Part shown: positions 24,753 through 38,231 of the stretch, in pieces | Layout of the letters: each line of letters opens with the position of its first letter | Numbering within the stretch: the stretch's first letter is position 1 | Source of the DNA: Amoebophrya sp. A120 | Lineage: Eukaryota; Protista; Dinoflagellata | Direction of reading: 5' to 3' | Assembly: GCA_905178155.1 (NCBI GenBank) | Contig: CAJINV010000002.1 | Location: 8,327,224 to 8,391,223 of the forward strand | Length of the DNA: 64,000 nucleotides | Notes under the pieces: model-generated | What the model saw: only the letters and a program-made list of their open reading frames with translations | Told to the model about the DNA's origin: nothing | The model's database searches: none | Position numbers and translations under genes: made by a program

Positions 24753-27523
24753 ATGATCACGAGCCTCGCCACCATACTCATGTTGCCTTCGATCTCGCGG
24801 TCCTGTTTTCTTTGTCTTTTGTTACGCTTTGTGGCTTTCGGGCAACTGGTTAGTCCAAGCGTACCGGAGGAAGCCGGAACAAGAGCAACACCGCGTAACA
24901 CTTCTAATCCGAAAATCCGTCTGGCCGTTATAGGCAGTACTTCGGCATTTGCGAGAAAGGCCCACTTTCCATCGCTGCGTGAGCTGCCAGATCGTTACGA
25001 AATCGTTGCAAATTGGACGAGACAAGAAGTTTCGTATATCAGTTCTTTCAATAACCGAGATTATAGTTGGTCAGAAACACCAGCGTCTCGCTACTCCAGC
25101 GGAGAGGACGCAGAATTGGAAGGGCGCGGCGGAGGTAAGGCTAACGACGATAAAACTAGTGAACGAAATAAATCTGCTCGTGTAATTATGAAGATTGTTC
25201 GGCGAAGAAGTGACGCGAGTTTCGTTGACGAACCGGGCAATCGAGATGATCGAGTCAAGAACTTTGAGGCCGAAGACTCCGAGGAGTCGTGGTATAATCG
25301 TACCTACGTGTTCCTTTTGCTTGCGAATGGCAAAAATCCTGATACTCAGTATTCTGGCGGCGTAGAGGAGTCACTTCCTCCGGTTCGAATCGACGCCGTC
25401 CTCATCATTCTCCCAATCGGGATCATGCCAAAGTTCGTTAACGCAGCCCTGGAACACAATATCCACGTGCTGAGTGAGAAACCAGTGCTGCCGGCCCTTG
25501 ACGACGAAGCACGGATCCAGAAGCAGTACCCGGCCCTGAGTCGCGTTTTGCAGATACAAAAAGAAGAAACGCAATCGCTGCAGGAGAAGAAGTCGTGTGC
25601 CCGCGGCAGCGCCGTCGCGACGAGTGAGGCAACTGCTGACGGGTCTTCACCAGCGCAATGCGATGTGGCTAGCACAGGCAGTTCTAGTAGTGCTACGACC
25701 TCTACCGACAATGCTTCCGCCGCTGGCGAACGTCGCGTTACCACCAGGACTCCGCCAATTTGGTTCGTCTCCGAGAATTGGCGTTTTGAATACGCGTACC
25801 GGAACTTCCTCGTGGACCAAATTTTGAAAAACGACGTCAACAACATCCGAACGACGGCGAAGTGGATTGATGTCAAGACGTTCTCCTACGTCTCGTCAGA
25901 CCACGCTTTGACGAAGGGGCTAGGAAATTGCACACCTCCTCCCGTTCGCTCGTGCAGGGAATGAACAGCTGCAACACAAGAAGTAGTGAAGGAATGCCAG
26001 GAAGTTCTCAATCTCATGCAAACTTTGCCAGAGTAAAGGAAGGCGAAGGCAGAGTGCGTTCCTAGCCGTGCCCGTGCCTAGTACACCCCTCGGACCTCAA
26101 CACCCCCCCGCGGGCTCGGTAGCGCAGTTTCTTAAGCATGACAGATGCGAGACAGGGGAGTTGTGCACTTTCATAAGGGTGGCGCAAGCACTCAAATCTG
26201 ATGATTGACGTCGGTGTGCACTACTGTGCAGCGATCAGAATGCTCGTGGAGGACGGGTTTGGTGCTTTTTCGAGCAAAGACAATGATCCCCTAGGGCACC
26301 TCAAGATCGCACCAGAAAAAAAATTGAAAATGGAGCTGCTATCAGCAGTGAGGCCGTTCGCGGTGGAACCGGCGCAGCATACTCAACACTCACCTCCGTC
26401 ACAAGACTTCGTAGCCACATACCGGATAAGATTTGATGACCGGCGGCAGCGCCAGCAGACCGGAACCGATTTCACCCAGGAGACGAATGTGCTACCACCT
26501 GGAGGTGGACGTACTGCGTCGGATGACACGACCAGTGTTCTTGAGCCAGGTCAAGAACATCTCACAGCCTCTGACTCTATCGTTCTCGTTTGGTCTCACA
26601 GCTTCCGGACGTCGCACAAACTTCGCGCGGAGAAGAAAGCAAAGGGCCTGTCGAATATGGTAGTGCAAATTTTCTACGGTGAGGACGGCGAGTCCTTGAC
26701 AGTAGATCGGTACGACTGGCAGTGGAATGTCGTGAAGGGGCGGCCAGAGCGACGAGGCGTCGGCGAAGATGAAAGCCAGGAGCGTGCTGCTGCCGGACCG
26801 GACGAACTTGAACAACAGGAGCTCTCGGGATCTTTTCCATTACATTTCTCCGTGAAGGACTCGCTTTTAGATTTTGCGGATGCGGTTGACAACTCGGGGC
26901 GGCGCGGGTGGATCGAGTGTAATGCGCACGCCGCAGAATCAGCCACACCGAATGTTGGGCTCGGCGAATCTAAATCTGCGAATTTCAATGTAGCGACAGC
27001 CGGTGAAGCAGACGATGTTGTGTCACTCTCGTCCTCTCGAGCTCACGGCGGTGGACGGAATACTGCCTACGAAGCATTATTGGATCTAAAGATGATGGAA
27101 GAAATTCTAAACTTTCAATTTTTGCAGATCGATTTTCTGCGTTTAGATGGTAAACTGTGGTCTGGTTGTTCTTGTTTGGATCCTCCTCGCGTCCTGTATC
27201 AAGGTCGCTGTTCATTCTGGAACAGGTACCCTTTGCACAGGACAAGCATCGACTTGGTTCCCTTTGAATGTTTAGGATCTCAATTGGCAGATCCTCTCGG
27301 TGTTTCTTTCTGTTTGAAAGTTGTACTTTGGTACGGTTTTCAGTTTTTCTTCGCTTTTTTGGCTGAGTTTAAAATCGTCGCTGTTGTCATTGTCTTTTCG
27401 TATATTCGTTTACGAAATTTATATCGTACCGAAATCAACCTTCGTTCTATAGGCGACTATCCCGGTTTTAAAAGATGCGTCCCGTGCTTGTCGCCTCGCT
27501 GGCAAATGTCAGCTCGGCGCTGA
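24753..27523 (+). CDS. Gfo/Idh/MocA family NAD(P)-dependent oxidoreductase
   Basis: IRLAVIGS, RKAHFPSL, HVLSEKP, ENWRFE and MIDVGVH; one introner at 25921-26175. The 3' end is doubtful because the ORF overlaps the next gene. Confidence 0.82.
25921..26175. mobile_element. Introner, family C
   Basis: TAGGAAATTGCACACCTCC...GGAGTTGTGCACTTTCATA; flanks GGGGC/AGGGT; 260 nt removed restores the frame. Confidence 0.85.
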
Positions 27524-28595
27524 TGCTTTCGTCAAGTACGGAGCCAGCCGCGGAGAAGGAATTCACCAAAGTGTTGAAGCCGGAAACGCCGGACGGTATT
27601 GCCACAGATCCGGATGACGTCCAGGACGCGTCAAAATTGGTGGTGTGCGAGGACGAAGATGTATTGCCTTCCTTGCCATTTTTTATATCATTCCTTTGCA
27701 ATGCGAGTGGATGAGAATGTTGAGTCCTCGCGTTGTAATGGTGATGACGACGAGGACGATACGCGCTTTAGATTGTGCTTGTGCGCTCCTGCATGTAGTT
27801 TGGATTTGCAGAAAAGGCGTTTTTATCATAGTGAATGCATGAAGAAGAGGAAGACTACTTTTAGTTGTAATTCCAACAAGAGGGCAGCAATCGCAAGCTT
27901 GAAAAAATCAATGAATTGCAGGTTCCGTTCCCGACCAAAGTGATCTTCAGCACTATCATGGGTTGCAACCGCGGGGATAAGGACCCAGAGGCGCTGTGTG
28001 ACAAGTACAACAGCAAGGGCTGCGACAACGAGGTGTGCCATGACATCTGCCACGAGATGTACTCCTCCAAGGAGCACTACAAGGGCTGCAAGTGCGTCTC
28101 CTGGGGCGCGGAACCAACCAGCTTCAAGACTTACTCTCCGGGTACAAATAAACACTGATCATCAATGAAATTTATTAGATATGCGAGCACAACTGTTTTT
28201 AAATTTCAATTCCGAAAAAAAATCTGCCCCTCTTCTGTCGCATAAATGCATCCCAAAGATTACCACTACTGGTGCGCACTCTCCGACATTCAACCTCAGG
28301 TGCGCCGTGCCCGCTGAAGGTGCAGCCCCGCTGCTACGAGGGCACATTGTACCGGTCAGAGTGCGAGGCGTTCCACGACAACGAGGGTATTTCCGCGGCG
28401 GACATGACGGTTGTGCCGAAGGACGCCTGGCCCGGTATGGGATTCTCGATCGTTACATCGCTCGTTGCTTTGATGTCAGGCAAAATCGGTACCTGCAACC
28501 TCCACACAATCGCTCGACTTCGCATGACAAGCAAAATTGAGACCCGATACAATTTTTTTCTGAGGCCAGACGCGCAAGCTCGACGCAATGCTTGA
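27475..28595 (+). CDS. Cysteine-rich, probably secreted hypothetical protein (~233 aa)
   Basis: Exons 27475-27660, 27922-28141, 28300-28595 joined by GT-AG introns; hydrophobic N-terminus; many Cys; GC3-rich codons. Confidence 0.75.
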
Positions 28596-29027
28596 GCTTG
28601 CTTCAGCTTCGTCCTTTCGCTACTGCTGGGCCTGCGTCGCAAAACCATGTAGCAGCGACGAGTGTACTACCGTTTGAAAATTCCATACCCGAGGGCGACA
28701 CGACCGCGAAAAAGCCGAGCGACCCGGCCTGCGTGTGAGGCACTGACACGAGGAAAACACGTCTGACTTTGAGGACAGAAGGAAGAATGTAGACTGTGAG
28801 GTTCGTAGGAACCTTTTTTCTCATGTGCATCTTGTGCTTGTCTCAGTGTAGAGGTCGGGAAACTAGTTTCACACTGTAGCTGTACTGTACGATTGATGTC
28901 TGAAGTTTAGTATGTACGAATTCCTAAAATGCACGAGTTTACCTTCTCGGTAACGGGATCAAAAGCACCAACTTCTTGCCACGTAAATCTTCCACACCAC
29001 GCGCCGTATTAGATATTGCTGAATTTT

Positions 29028-29134
29028 GCTATTGACACGGTTTTCGTTTTCATTGTAATTCATTGCTATTGACACCTTTTTTTATTGTAATTCATTGCTA
29101 TTGACACTTTAGATTTTCATTGTAATTCATTGCT
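29028..29134. repeat. Degenerate tandem repeat, ~3 copies of ~33-35 bp
   Basis: Recurrent TTTTCATTGTAATTCATTGCTATTGACAC. Confidence 0.8.
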
Positions 29135-29708
29135 TTTGGCAAAGGAAAGGATTTCGAGGATGTGGCAATTTTGTCAGAAGTTGAGAGACACATCACCGCC
29201 GAAAATAAACCCGTGGAACAGTATCTGGGAACTAGTGCATGGTTTCGCCGACCTCTGTATCGTTAAGAGCAAGACAAGCGCACAAATGGCTTCATGTTGA
29301 TCGCCAGTTTTGTCGGTGAAGTAGTTTGCCTGTGTCGCGTTTTCCTGTTTTTTTTGTCCGACGCGACGCAATATAGATTCTACAAGGCGTGGTCGACTCC
29401 CCGAGTGTGTTTCTTTTCCTACAGTTACATACATGGTATCGGTATTCGGCGCGGCTTGAAGACCAGGACTTGTTGGAGAAGCAAGTGTGTGCGGTGTCTG
29501 CTTGCGTTGATTTCGATGTGATGCTCTTTTATCGAGTGATGTGTCCTTGGAAACGCTTTGTTGACCTGAGTTGAGTAAGCGAAGACAGTTGAGCAAGGAA
29601 GAACAAAAGCAAGCAGTGAATTAGAATTGTGTTGTAAGAGAAATGTTCCAACAGGGGCACTCCGAGGTTTGAACATTTCGTTCGCTAAAGCGCTTAAAAA
29701 GAAGAAAG

Positions 29709-32473
29709 ATGCCGCGTTCCTCCGACACCACAGCGTCTGGCACAGGAGAATATCGCATCAAACCGCGACACAACCGGGGCAGGCGACGACTTTACCAGAA
29801 TCATTTCTTCGAGATCGACTACATTCGCTTCTACAAAAACAAATTTGTCATTGATGATGGTGTCACTGATGCTGGAAGCGATAGTCGCGTCGTCGACGGA
29901 GCGAAAGCTCTCGATGCTGCAGGCGGAGAGGGAAGAAAAAAGGCGGCCAAGTTGAGCACAGAAGGGCGTCGGGCGAGAAGGTTCGACCCAGAAGCTCTCC
30001 CCGAGGTCGGCAACAATCATCACCTTCTGAAGACAAGAAAAATCATTGATGCACCCATCAGCGACACCGACACCGCATCTCTTCCGTCTTCGTCTTCTAG
30101 CAGCACGTCTTCAGTTTCGCAAACTGTTGCGGACCTCATCTCGAGCGCCCTCGACGGGGGCACTGCGCCTGCAGAAGAAGGTGAACAAACTGGTAGTCTC
30201 TTCGAAAACGGTTGGCGTGAGGAGTTTTCTCCCAGCTCCTGCGTTGACGGCAAGCCGAACCCGAACGTGTGGGAGTACGAGATCGGGATACCAAGGCCCG
30301 GGAACTGGGAAGCGCAGCTGTACACGGACCAGAAACGGAACGCGTTTTGCACGAGAAACGGCACACTGATGATGCGCGCGTACTGTGAGCAGGGGTCCGC
30401 GATGGAGTGCGCCATGCTGACGTGTGACAACCAGAAGATGCCGCTCAAGTGCAACACGAGGACGATGGCCGCGCCAGCGGCATCAACTGGAGACCGGGAA
30501 AGTGGTGCTGCACCTGGAACCGGAGATGCCGAGACAGAGGAGCCACAAGCGACCACCCCCTGGATCTCCTCTTCGTCCCTGCAAATGAAGCACCAGGTCG
30601 TCGAGTCCGGTACCCTGATCGCGCGGATCCGGGGTAACGACACTGCACGCGGTGCCTGGAGTGCGTTCTGGATGATGGGGGAGGAGTGGAGACGGCTCAT
30701 GAACGGAAAGGAGCAGGATTTCGCGAAAGTATTCTGGGTGAATCGTCGGGTCATCTTGTGCCATCAAGTCTTGCCCTGTCTTCAATGTTGTCCTTGGCAT
30801 TGCTAGTTGTATTGGATATACTTTGCATGGTAATCGTAATTAAGTAAATGTAGGACTGACCGCCCTAAAAATTCGATGACTTTCGCACAGAGTAGACCCC
30901 CCCTAATTTTTCACCATGATACCGGGCGGGAAAATCCTGGCCGACGTGCGGCGAGATCGACATCCGCGAGCTGAACTCGAAGTACCAGATTATCGACCAA
31001 TTTTCCTTCTACAACGATACTTTTTGGAGCCCGGAGTACGCAAAAATCGGCGGTGTCTACCTGAAAGTGAAGGACATGCCCAAGGACGATGACGGGTGGA
31101 CGATTTTCGTGGTGGAGTACAGGAACAATAGAAATGGAAGACGGTCATCTCCTGCGCACTTGAAGATGAAAAAAGCCGATCGCGTAGACGCCGACGACGA
31201 CGACGACAAAGTAGTTAAGAAGAAGCGAAAATCTGACGAAGACGACGACGCAGTATTGGATCCAAATAGAAGAAACCCTGCCCGGTCACAAGAAGATGAA
31301 CCCACTATGTTCACGGACGCTTGGCGGGCGGCGGAGCACACGCTGGGGATCGAAACCGACCCCACTGCGCCGGACTTCGTTCCAAGCATCGTGAGAAACA
31401 GCTCGGACCCGGAGTTTGTCAAGGACGTTGGTCTGCGGACCTGGTGGATGAAGGATTTGTCTGAGCTGGACACTCTGACCACGGAAAACGCACTGCTGCA
31501 GATGCCCCGGAACGGAAAAATGTCCAACCGTTTGATCAAGCGTTATTGGGAAACGTTTGAGAACAACAATTTGTTCGTGAAACTCAACCTCGCGATCGGC
31601 GGCATCAGCGAAGGGCCGTACTTCGTGCCGCCGGTAGGGACGTCGGGGGAAAACGCGGAGGAGACCCGGTTTCTGGGTGGCGGGGGCATATGAACTGCAA
31701 AAGTATCGTACTCGTAAGTATAAATGCATTACAAATTTTTTCAGCATGAGAAACAAATGAGATCTGTGATGCGGATTTACCTAAAGGAAAAGGCTTTGCA
31801 ATGCATGACTGCAATACGAGTGCGATACTTTTGCACAGGATAGGGCAGGATGAGTGACAATGTCAATGGGGGGTTGGTTGGCGACGAAAAGGCTAACCAG
31901 GACTTAGGCCTGCTGGATGAAGAGCTGGAAGATAAAGATCGCGACGAGGAAGTAGATCAAGATGTTGGAGGACAGCATGGCGAAAGAACAACAGACGTCA
32001 GTGATGATCCCAAAATCCGTAACAACGCACTGAGCGACCTGATTGCGAAAATCGAACACAACGAACCTGCGCACGACCTGGATCATCACAGGATAACCTC
32101 CGATGCAGAAAATTGGAACGCTTCCGATTTTCTGAAAGCGATCAGTTTGTCCAAGATTGCGAAGGGTTACGAGGCGTATATCGCCGGGTGGTTCTTTATC
32201 GTGTTTCTCATGCTGATATTCCCCACAACATCCCGAAGAATCCGGACAGTACTCGCCGGACGGGTTGTTTTGCAGCCCCGGCAACTGCTCGGAGGCTATG
32301 GTGTTTGGCGGGGAAACGGAAATGCGAATGCAGCGATAGCACGAAATGCAGGACGAGAGGAGGCACAAAGACACGACAACCCTTCCTCGTCGGTTTGCAT
32401 CAACCGCGTTCCTGGATCAACATCATCGGCCGGAGCGAATCCGCTGACGCAGCCTCTGGTCGAAGATGCGTGA
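29709..32473 (+). CDS. Glycoside hydrolase family 16 (beta-1,3-glucanase-like) with C-terminal transmembrane helix
   Basis: WREEF, WEYEIG..GNWEAQLYT, GAWSAFWMMG, catalytic WPTCGEIDIRE, LNLAIGG. Exons 29709-30750, 30927-31688, 31848-32473. Start may lie further upstream. Confidence 0.88.
30751..30921. mobile_element. Decayed introner
   Basis: Flanks TCGGG/CCGGG; right end CACCATGATA, left end degenerate; removal gives VNRRAGKSWPTCGEID. Confidence 0.65.
31689..31842. mobile_element. Introner, family A
   Basis: TAT-GAAC-TGCAAAAGTATCGTACTCGTA...TACGAGTGCGATACTTTTGCA-CAGG-ATA; repeat GGGCA; 159 nt, in frame. Confidence 0.92.
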
Positions 32474-34056
32474 AGTGCCTCGCGTTGGTGATGTCTGTGC
32501 TATTTTCCGCTGCGTCTCGGCTGCGCCGCGATTGCGATGCTCATTTTCGGCATTTCCATTTGAGTATTCAGATTCACTTGATACGTTCAAATAAACTTTT
32601 TAAAACATCAGAACAATCCGAGCGCAAGTACCTAAGGCAACACTAAACATTTCTTGCCACCGCGTGCTCATCACGAACGCCGATGGAACTCTTTATGCTG
32701 CAGAGCCATTCTACGCTTGTGCTCATTTTTTAGAGCGGTTTTTCTTTAGTAGGTAAGAACTTCTTGTTGCGGTTGCGGTTTTAGAGTTCGATACTAATGC
32801 CAAAATGCTCCGTGATGTCAATTTTCCAAATTATCATATGGATATGTGCTCATGTGGCTCTGCTTCGATTCAAGCGGAAGCATGGCAACATCTTCAAATT
32901 TTGTCAACGTCTCGTTTTTCTACGCATGAAGACCAAGAAACTAGAATGCAAGCTGGAGTGACATCTTGATTTTCTTCATTTTCCTATGTGGCCCAAATGA
33001 CGTGAAAGAATCTGAATCTGACAAACAAGCGCCTTGTGGAAGTCGTGGCGCAGTGACAGTAGGAGGGGAACAAGGTGGCGCTGCTCGAAGGTCTGCAGCA
33101 CCAGCATGTGAAAGAAGTCAGTGGAGTGCGTTTGCGCAAATAGTCAGAATGTCGCATGTAGTAATGTAAAAGGAGGACATTGCCATTTAACAAGCAATTA
33201 CGCAGGTTGACCTTTTACTTGCTTGTGCTATTGTCATCCTCTTCATCGTCATTTTCCCGCACCAAGCCGAATGCACTCCGCAGAGGGAGAAGTTGGCAAA
33301 AACTATTTTCCTTTTCAAGGCACGAGGCCGCGAAGAGGTTTTTGTCGTTGTGCATGTATGTACTTGAAGTAAAACGATCTGCCGAGTAAAGGATCTCGCA
33401 AGTAAGCAAGAGTTAGTATTACGGATACAGTTTCATTATCAGAAAAGGATCATTATAGCAGCGTGCGGATGATCTGGATCTCTTATTGCCTGTATTGTGC
33501 ATATAATTGTTCTGGATCATATTCATGCTTCTCTATGGTCCAGTATGTGGATCTCATACTCATTGTCATCTTCGATGATCATGATGCATATGAGTTTTAC
33601 TTTTTGTCGTAGTTTTTTTTGCCTGGATCATCCATCGTCAGCGATTTTCGTGCTTTGCCAGATGACACTAGCGGTAGAAAAGGAAACTTCGTTCTGAGCA
33701 GTATTTTTTTTTGTTTTCGCTTTCCGCCTGAGAAGTGTCAGCAGTTTCTTTTTGCTTCGCCCTCTCTGGAGCAAGGGACTTCGACTAGTCAGTCATCTTG
33801 CACTTGGGTGGCATACGCATATTGTATTTTTCATGATGTCTTGTCTCAATTACAATTGATTATTCACGTCGATAGAAATAAGGCGAGGCCGTCCTCAGCC
33901 TCACCGTTATTAAAATCAGTAGATCCACCAGCCGGTCCCGCAAGCGTGACTGAAAAGATCTTTTTCCCATCCAAGAACTTTTCTGTCCTCTAATCGTCAA
34001 AACCATAAGATTGAGACGTTTCGGAGCCCCACCACCATTGCCCGTGATCTCCCATC

Positions 34057-36650
34057 ATGACAGCTGCGTCAACAGCCCCTGTTTCAAGCGGGCCAAGAGC
34101 CGTCCCGGCTTCCCAAGGCGGGGGGCAACCGAAACAACAGAAAGACCAAACCCAATGGGGTTGCGCCATGTGGACGGTGCTTGCGTTGTTTATCTTCTGC
34201 GGGTGTGGCACCCAATACTCGGCGGATGCAGTTTGGAACAAGGCGGTCGTGCGAAATCGAGAGAATACCCGCGACGAGCGCTACGGGGCCTGGATGATCG
34301 TCGTAACGTTTGGCATGGCCGCCGAAGGATTCTGTCTGCTCGTCTTTTTCGCCATGCGACTCTTCGACCGGAAAGGGCAAGAGGCGCCCAATAATGACTC
34401 GATTAAGGGACAAGGATCTGCTTTCGACGGTGATAAAAGCGCGACGGCGATGAAAAACGAAGACGCGGACGATGGCTTTCGTTTGCAGAAGATGTTGGTT
34501 CGCGCACACTCCCAGAATATGTCGCCAAGCAATGAAGAGAATAATAACAATAAGACGTCGATAAAGTTCAGTGGAGCACGGTTTGTCGCCAAAAGAAATT
34601 TGACTTTGGTTGATCAAGCGGAAGACAATAATAATTTCCCAGCGGAAGAGGAACAAAAAATATACCCAAATCAAGCCACTTCACAGCTCTTGCTGTCTCG
34701 CGAGCGGACCAGCTCCAGTGCGGACGTGTTGGACGCCCACGTCGGCGATGACGAAGATGACAGTCGTTTCCGCTTCTGCGACCAGCGACTGCTGCGGTTC
34801 ATGTTTTCCGGGGTCTTCGACGTGTTGAGTGCGTCCTTCACCCTCACTTCCTTCATGGCAGTGTCACCGGCAGTGAACCAGGTCTGTCGGTGCAGTCGGC
34901 TCGCGTACGTCATAGTTTACTGTTGTATAGGATTTACTTAAATTTGATCTATGACTTCTGCTCTTGTTCGATGTTGATGAGAATGATAAAAACGTCGAAC
35001 GACTCACTAGACGAGCTAAAGACACCTAGTCGTACAATGCGCCTCCGGGGACGACAGAAGTTTCTTGTGCCTACACGACGACGGCCTTAGGAGAGATGAA
35101 AATTTCAAATCAGGTTCAATGGCATTCTGAATCGCGTTTTCTTCGCCAAGAAGCTGCAGTGGTTCCAAATTGTCGGCTATCAAGTGTAAAAATGTCTGGG
35201 TCTGAAAGATTGCCAGGTTTGTCATGCACGTTTTGCATGACTCCTGATGTCTGTGATGCATGCCCTAGCATCACAGATTTTGTGAGGGCTTCCTGATGCC
35301 TATACCGCACGGCAAATGCTCTTTCCGTGTAGCAAAACTTGGACTCTCTTGGCTGCTCATGCAATACAGTTTTTTTTAGAATCCAAAATCAGCAACACAA
35401 GTTGCATTCTTCCAGACCCAGACATTTTTGCAATCCATATCGGCATTTTGGGGTGCAGTCTGGGGATCGCCATGCAGTACGTGGGTAAGGTTTATTTTCC
35501 ATTGCCCGCGCCACCCACCTCCGGCCCCACCAGCCGCGGGCTCATGGACGAGTTCAAGTTGACGGACGCCGCCCCGGCAACGGGCATCACCATTGCGCTG
35601 GCCGGCAACTTTTTGGGATCGATCCAGCACTGCCTGCAGGCGCAGTTCTTCCAGCAATTGCCGAAGACGCCCGCGACGGTGGTGGTTGGGATCGAGGGCT
35701 GGACGGGGACCATGGTTGCCGTCCTGTTTATCATGCCCATGCTCTACTTGCTGGGGTCTATCCATGATAACCAATCTCCTCTAAGACCTCCACTTCTATC
35801 TCCGGACCAAACCGGTGCCGACGACTCTGCTGCTGGTGCAGCTCCAGGTGCTGGTGTTGTTATTACCGTCGGCGGGGTTCCCACGCACGGCTACTCCCCG
35901 GGCGGAGAACAACACCGGGACGGTTTATTTTCAGGTAGTTTTCTGTTCCGAAGGCCTCCTGGGGGAGCTGCCCCCGGAGCGGGCGGCAGTGGTTCATCGT
36001 CTTCGCAATTTCTAGCAGGTGGCGCACCTCCACAGGCTGTAGTAGATCACGAAGAAGGGAGCGGCGTTTTGCTTTTTTTCGCCAAACAGAAGCAGATCCT
36101 TCTCACCGGCATTATCCAGTTCTTCAACTCGCGATCGCTGCAACTCGCGATGCTTTCCTACTTCATCTTCAACGCGATCGTGTGTTCGGTCGGATCGGTG
36201 GTCGGGAAAAAGTTGGAGTCCTCGGGTCGGGCGATTTTGGAGTGTGTGCGGATCATTGCTGTGTGGAGTTTCGAGATTCCGTACATGTTTTGGAAGTACG
36301 ACGGCGACTGGGCCGCGGTCTACCAGCTGAAGTTTGACTACACAGAAACCGGGTTTTGGATGGAAAAGCTGGCCTTTCTCCTCATCGCCGCCGCGACCTT
36401 GGTCTATTTCGAAGTGGTCAAATTCGCCTGTCTGGGCAGCGTTCTTGTGGTTGACGAAGATGACGTCAGCGGGGAGAAAAAATACAAGGGAGAAGATCAT
36501 GACGATGCAAAAATGCTGGAGGTGGACAACTGCTACTGCAATGACGAGGATAGTGCATTGCTAGGGCGGCCACGGGGCAAGGTCGGCGTGCACAACGAGA
36601 AGGACGCTGATGCGGAGGTGGAGCAGAACGCCAGAAGGCTTGGAAAGTAG
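34057..36650 (+). CDS. SLC35F6-like DMT/nucleotide-sugar transporter family membrane protein
   Basis: About 10 hydrophobic segments; FDVLSASFTLTSF, VNQVCRCSRLAFNGILNRVFFAKKLQWFQIVG, VVGIEGWTG, RAILECVRIIAVW. GT-AG intron 34905-35113 and introner 35178-35439. Confidence 0.82.
35178..35439. mobile_element. Introner, family D
   Basis: TATCAAGTGTAAAAATGTCTGGGTCTG...CAGACCCAGACATTTTTGCAATCCATA; repeat TCGGC; 267 nt, in frame. Confidence 0.92.
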
Positions 36651-38231
36651 AACGAATAAAAAAGAAAGAATAAATCGATTGATTTGATGATGTGGCCAGT
36701 ACCACACTATCAAAGTTTTTTTTCGTTTTCGTATGAAGTTACAATAGCAACAGGAATGTTCTCTTTCGGCTTCGTCGACGTTGCGAGAGGAACAACAGCC
36801 TCGGGACATCGACAGGTCTACAGCAGGTACAGAAATTGAGATGCAAATCGTTCCACGTGAACGAGGAACGCATCTCTTTCTTTTGTCGTTTTCTTCGCAG
36901 CGAAAGTAAAACGAGGAACCTCTTCCCGAAGAATTTTATAGAGTATCAGTGCACCAGGTCGTGTTTTTACCTGGTGTTTTATTCATCGTCTTGTTCTTTT
37001 TCTCTGCACTTCTTAGCTAGTAGTTTCTCGCCAGATATTGATACAGATGCTCCGCCTGTCCAGCACGAGTATAAATTGTCATGAATTAATTTCTTCAATT
37101 ATCCGCCCTGATTTGTAGAGAACCACCTAGGCGTCCACGTCGCGCTTGACTAGCCTGGAGATGATGATGGAGCGATGAAACAAATTTGTAGTGAAAGCAC
37201 GAAGATGCTGTTGTTTTTGACCTCGCTTTTCGGTCGAACCAACGGTCTTCACCATGGACGTTTTTCTAACTCAAGACAGAAACTCCAGCGGAAACTTTTT
37301 GGCCGTTCTTGCTGGAACTGAACTGCTGGCAAATGGAGGGCTCTGACGACGACCACGGGTCACTAGACCATGGTTTCTCTCAGTCTCATCGTAGTACGCA
37401 CTGAAGCTGTTGAATTCGCACAACTGCAGTTCCTGTCATCAAATAATCTTCACGGTTGAAGATATTACAGTAATTTTTACCTCAGTTACACAAGTAGCTG
37501 GAAGTAAAGCGAGCGACAGACATCATGTTGGTGTGTGTAGAAGCGTCTTCAGATAGAATATGTCGATAATATTGACAATCTGTGCGTGAGTTCATGATGA
37601 ATAGCACGTCATGACAAGGTGCAGCTCCTACCTACACCTAGCTGTAGGTGCCCGCGAAACTCGCACTCCCATTCTCTTTCCAGGTTTTTGTTTGTGTTCT
37701 GATGGCCGCGAAGGCGAATATCTACAAACAGAAGCACTTACTCATATCGAACACCTCGGATAGCCTCCAGTATCGGTCGTGATCTTTTGCTGAGAAGTTG
37801 CATTGTCCTCGGGGCAGGCGGTCGCCGGTCAACATCGGTGTTGCATTCATGCGCTAGATCTGCGCATTACTTCATATGAATGGATATCTTTACATTTTTT
37901 TACTTTCAAAAAGCTAAAGCAGATAAAAAAAAATCCTTATCCTTTTCTGTGTTTACTTTCGACGACTACAATCATGTGACCTCGTGGCGTTCGGCCTAAA
38001 GGCATCTATCTCTATTCCTTTTGGGGCTTCATCTATGGCGGCATGATGTGATCGCGTTCTCGGTGTGATGTTGTGATACTAGACTCACTCACAGTAAACA
38101 GTGGCAGTGCTCCCTACGATATCGATACCCTGACAACTGAGATCAGCTGCAACTGGCAAATCTAAAATTACCTTTTCGGTATATTGTGCCTGCTCTGCCT
38201 GTACCTGTGAAAAAAAAGGAAGTCCCGTACT

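Noticed and set aside
29028-29134. CRISPR-like short repeats
   Set aside because: Near-contiguous tandem copies without unique spacers, no cas genes, eukaryotic context.
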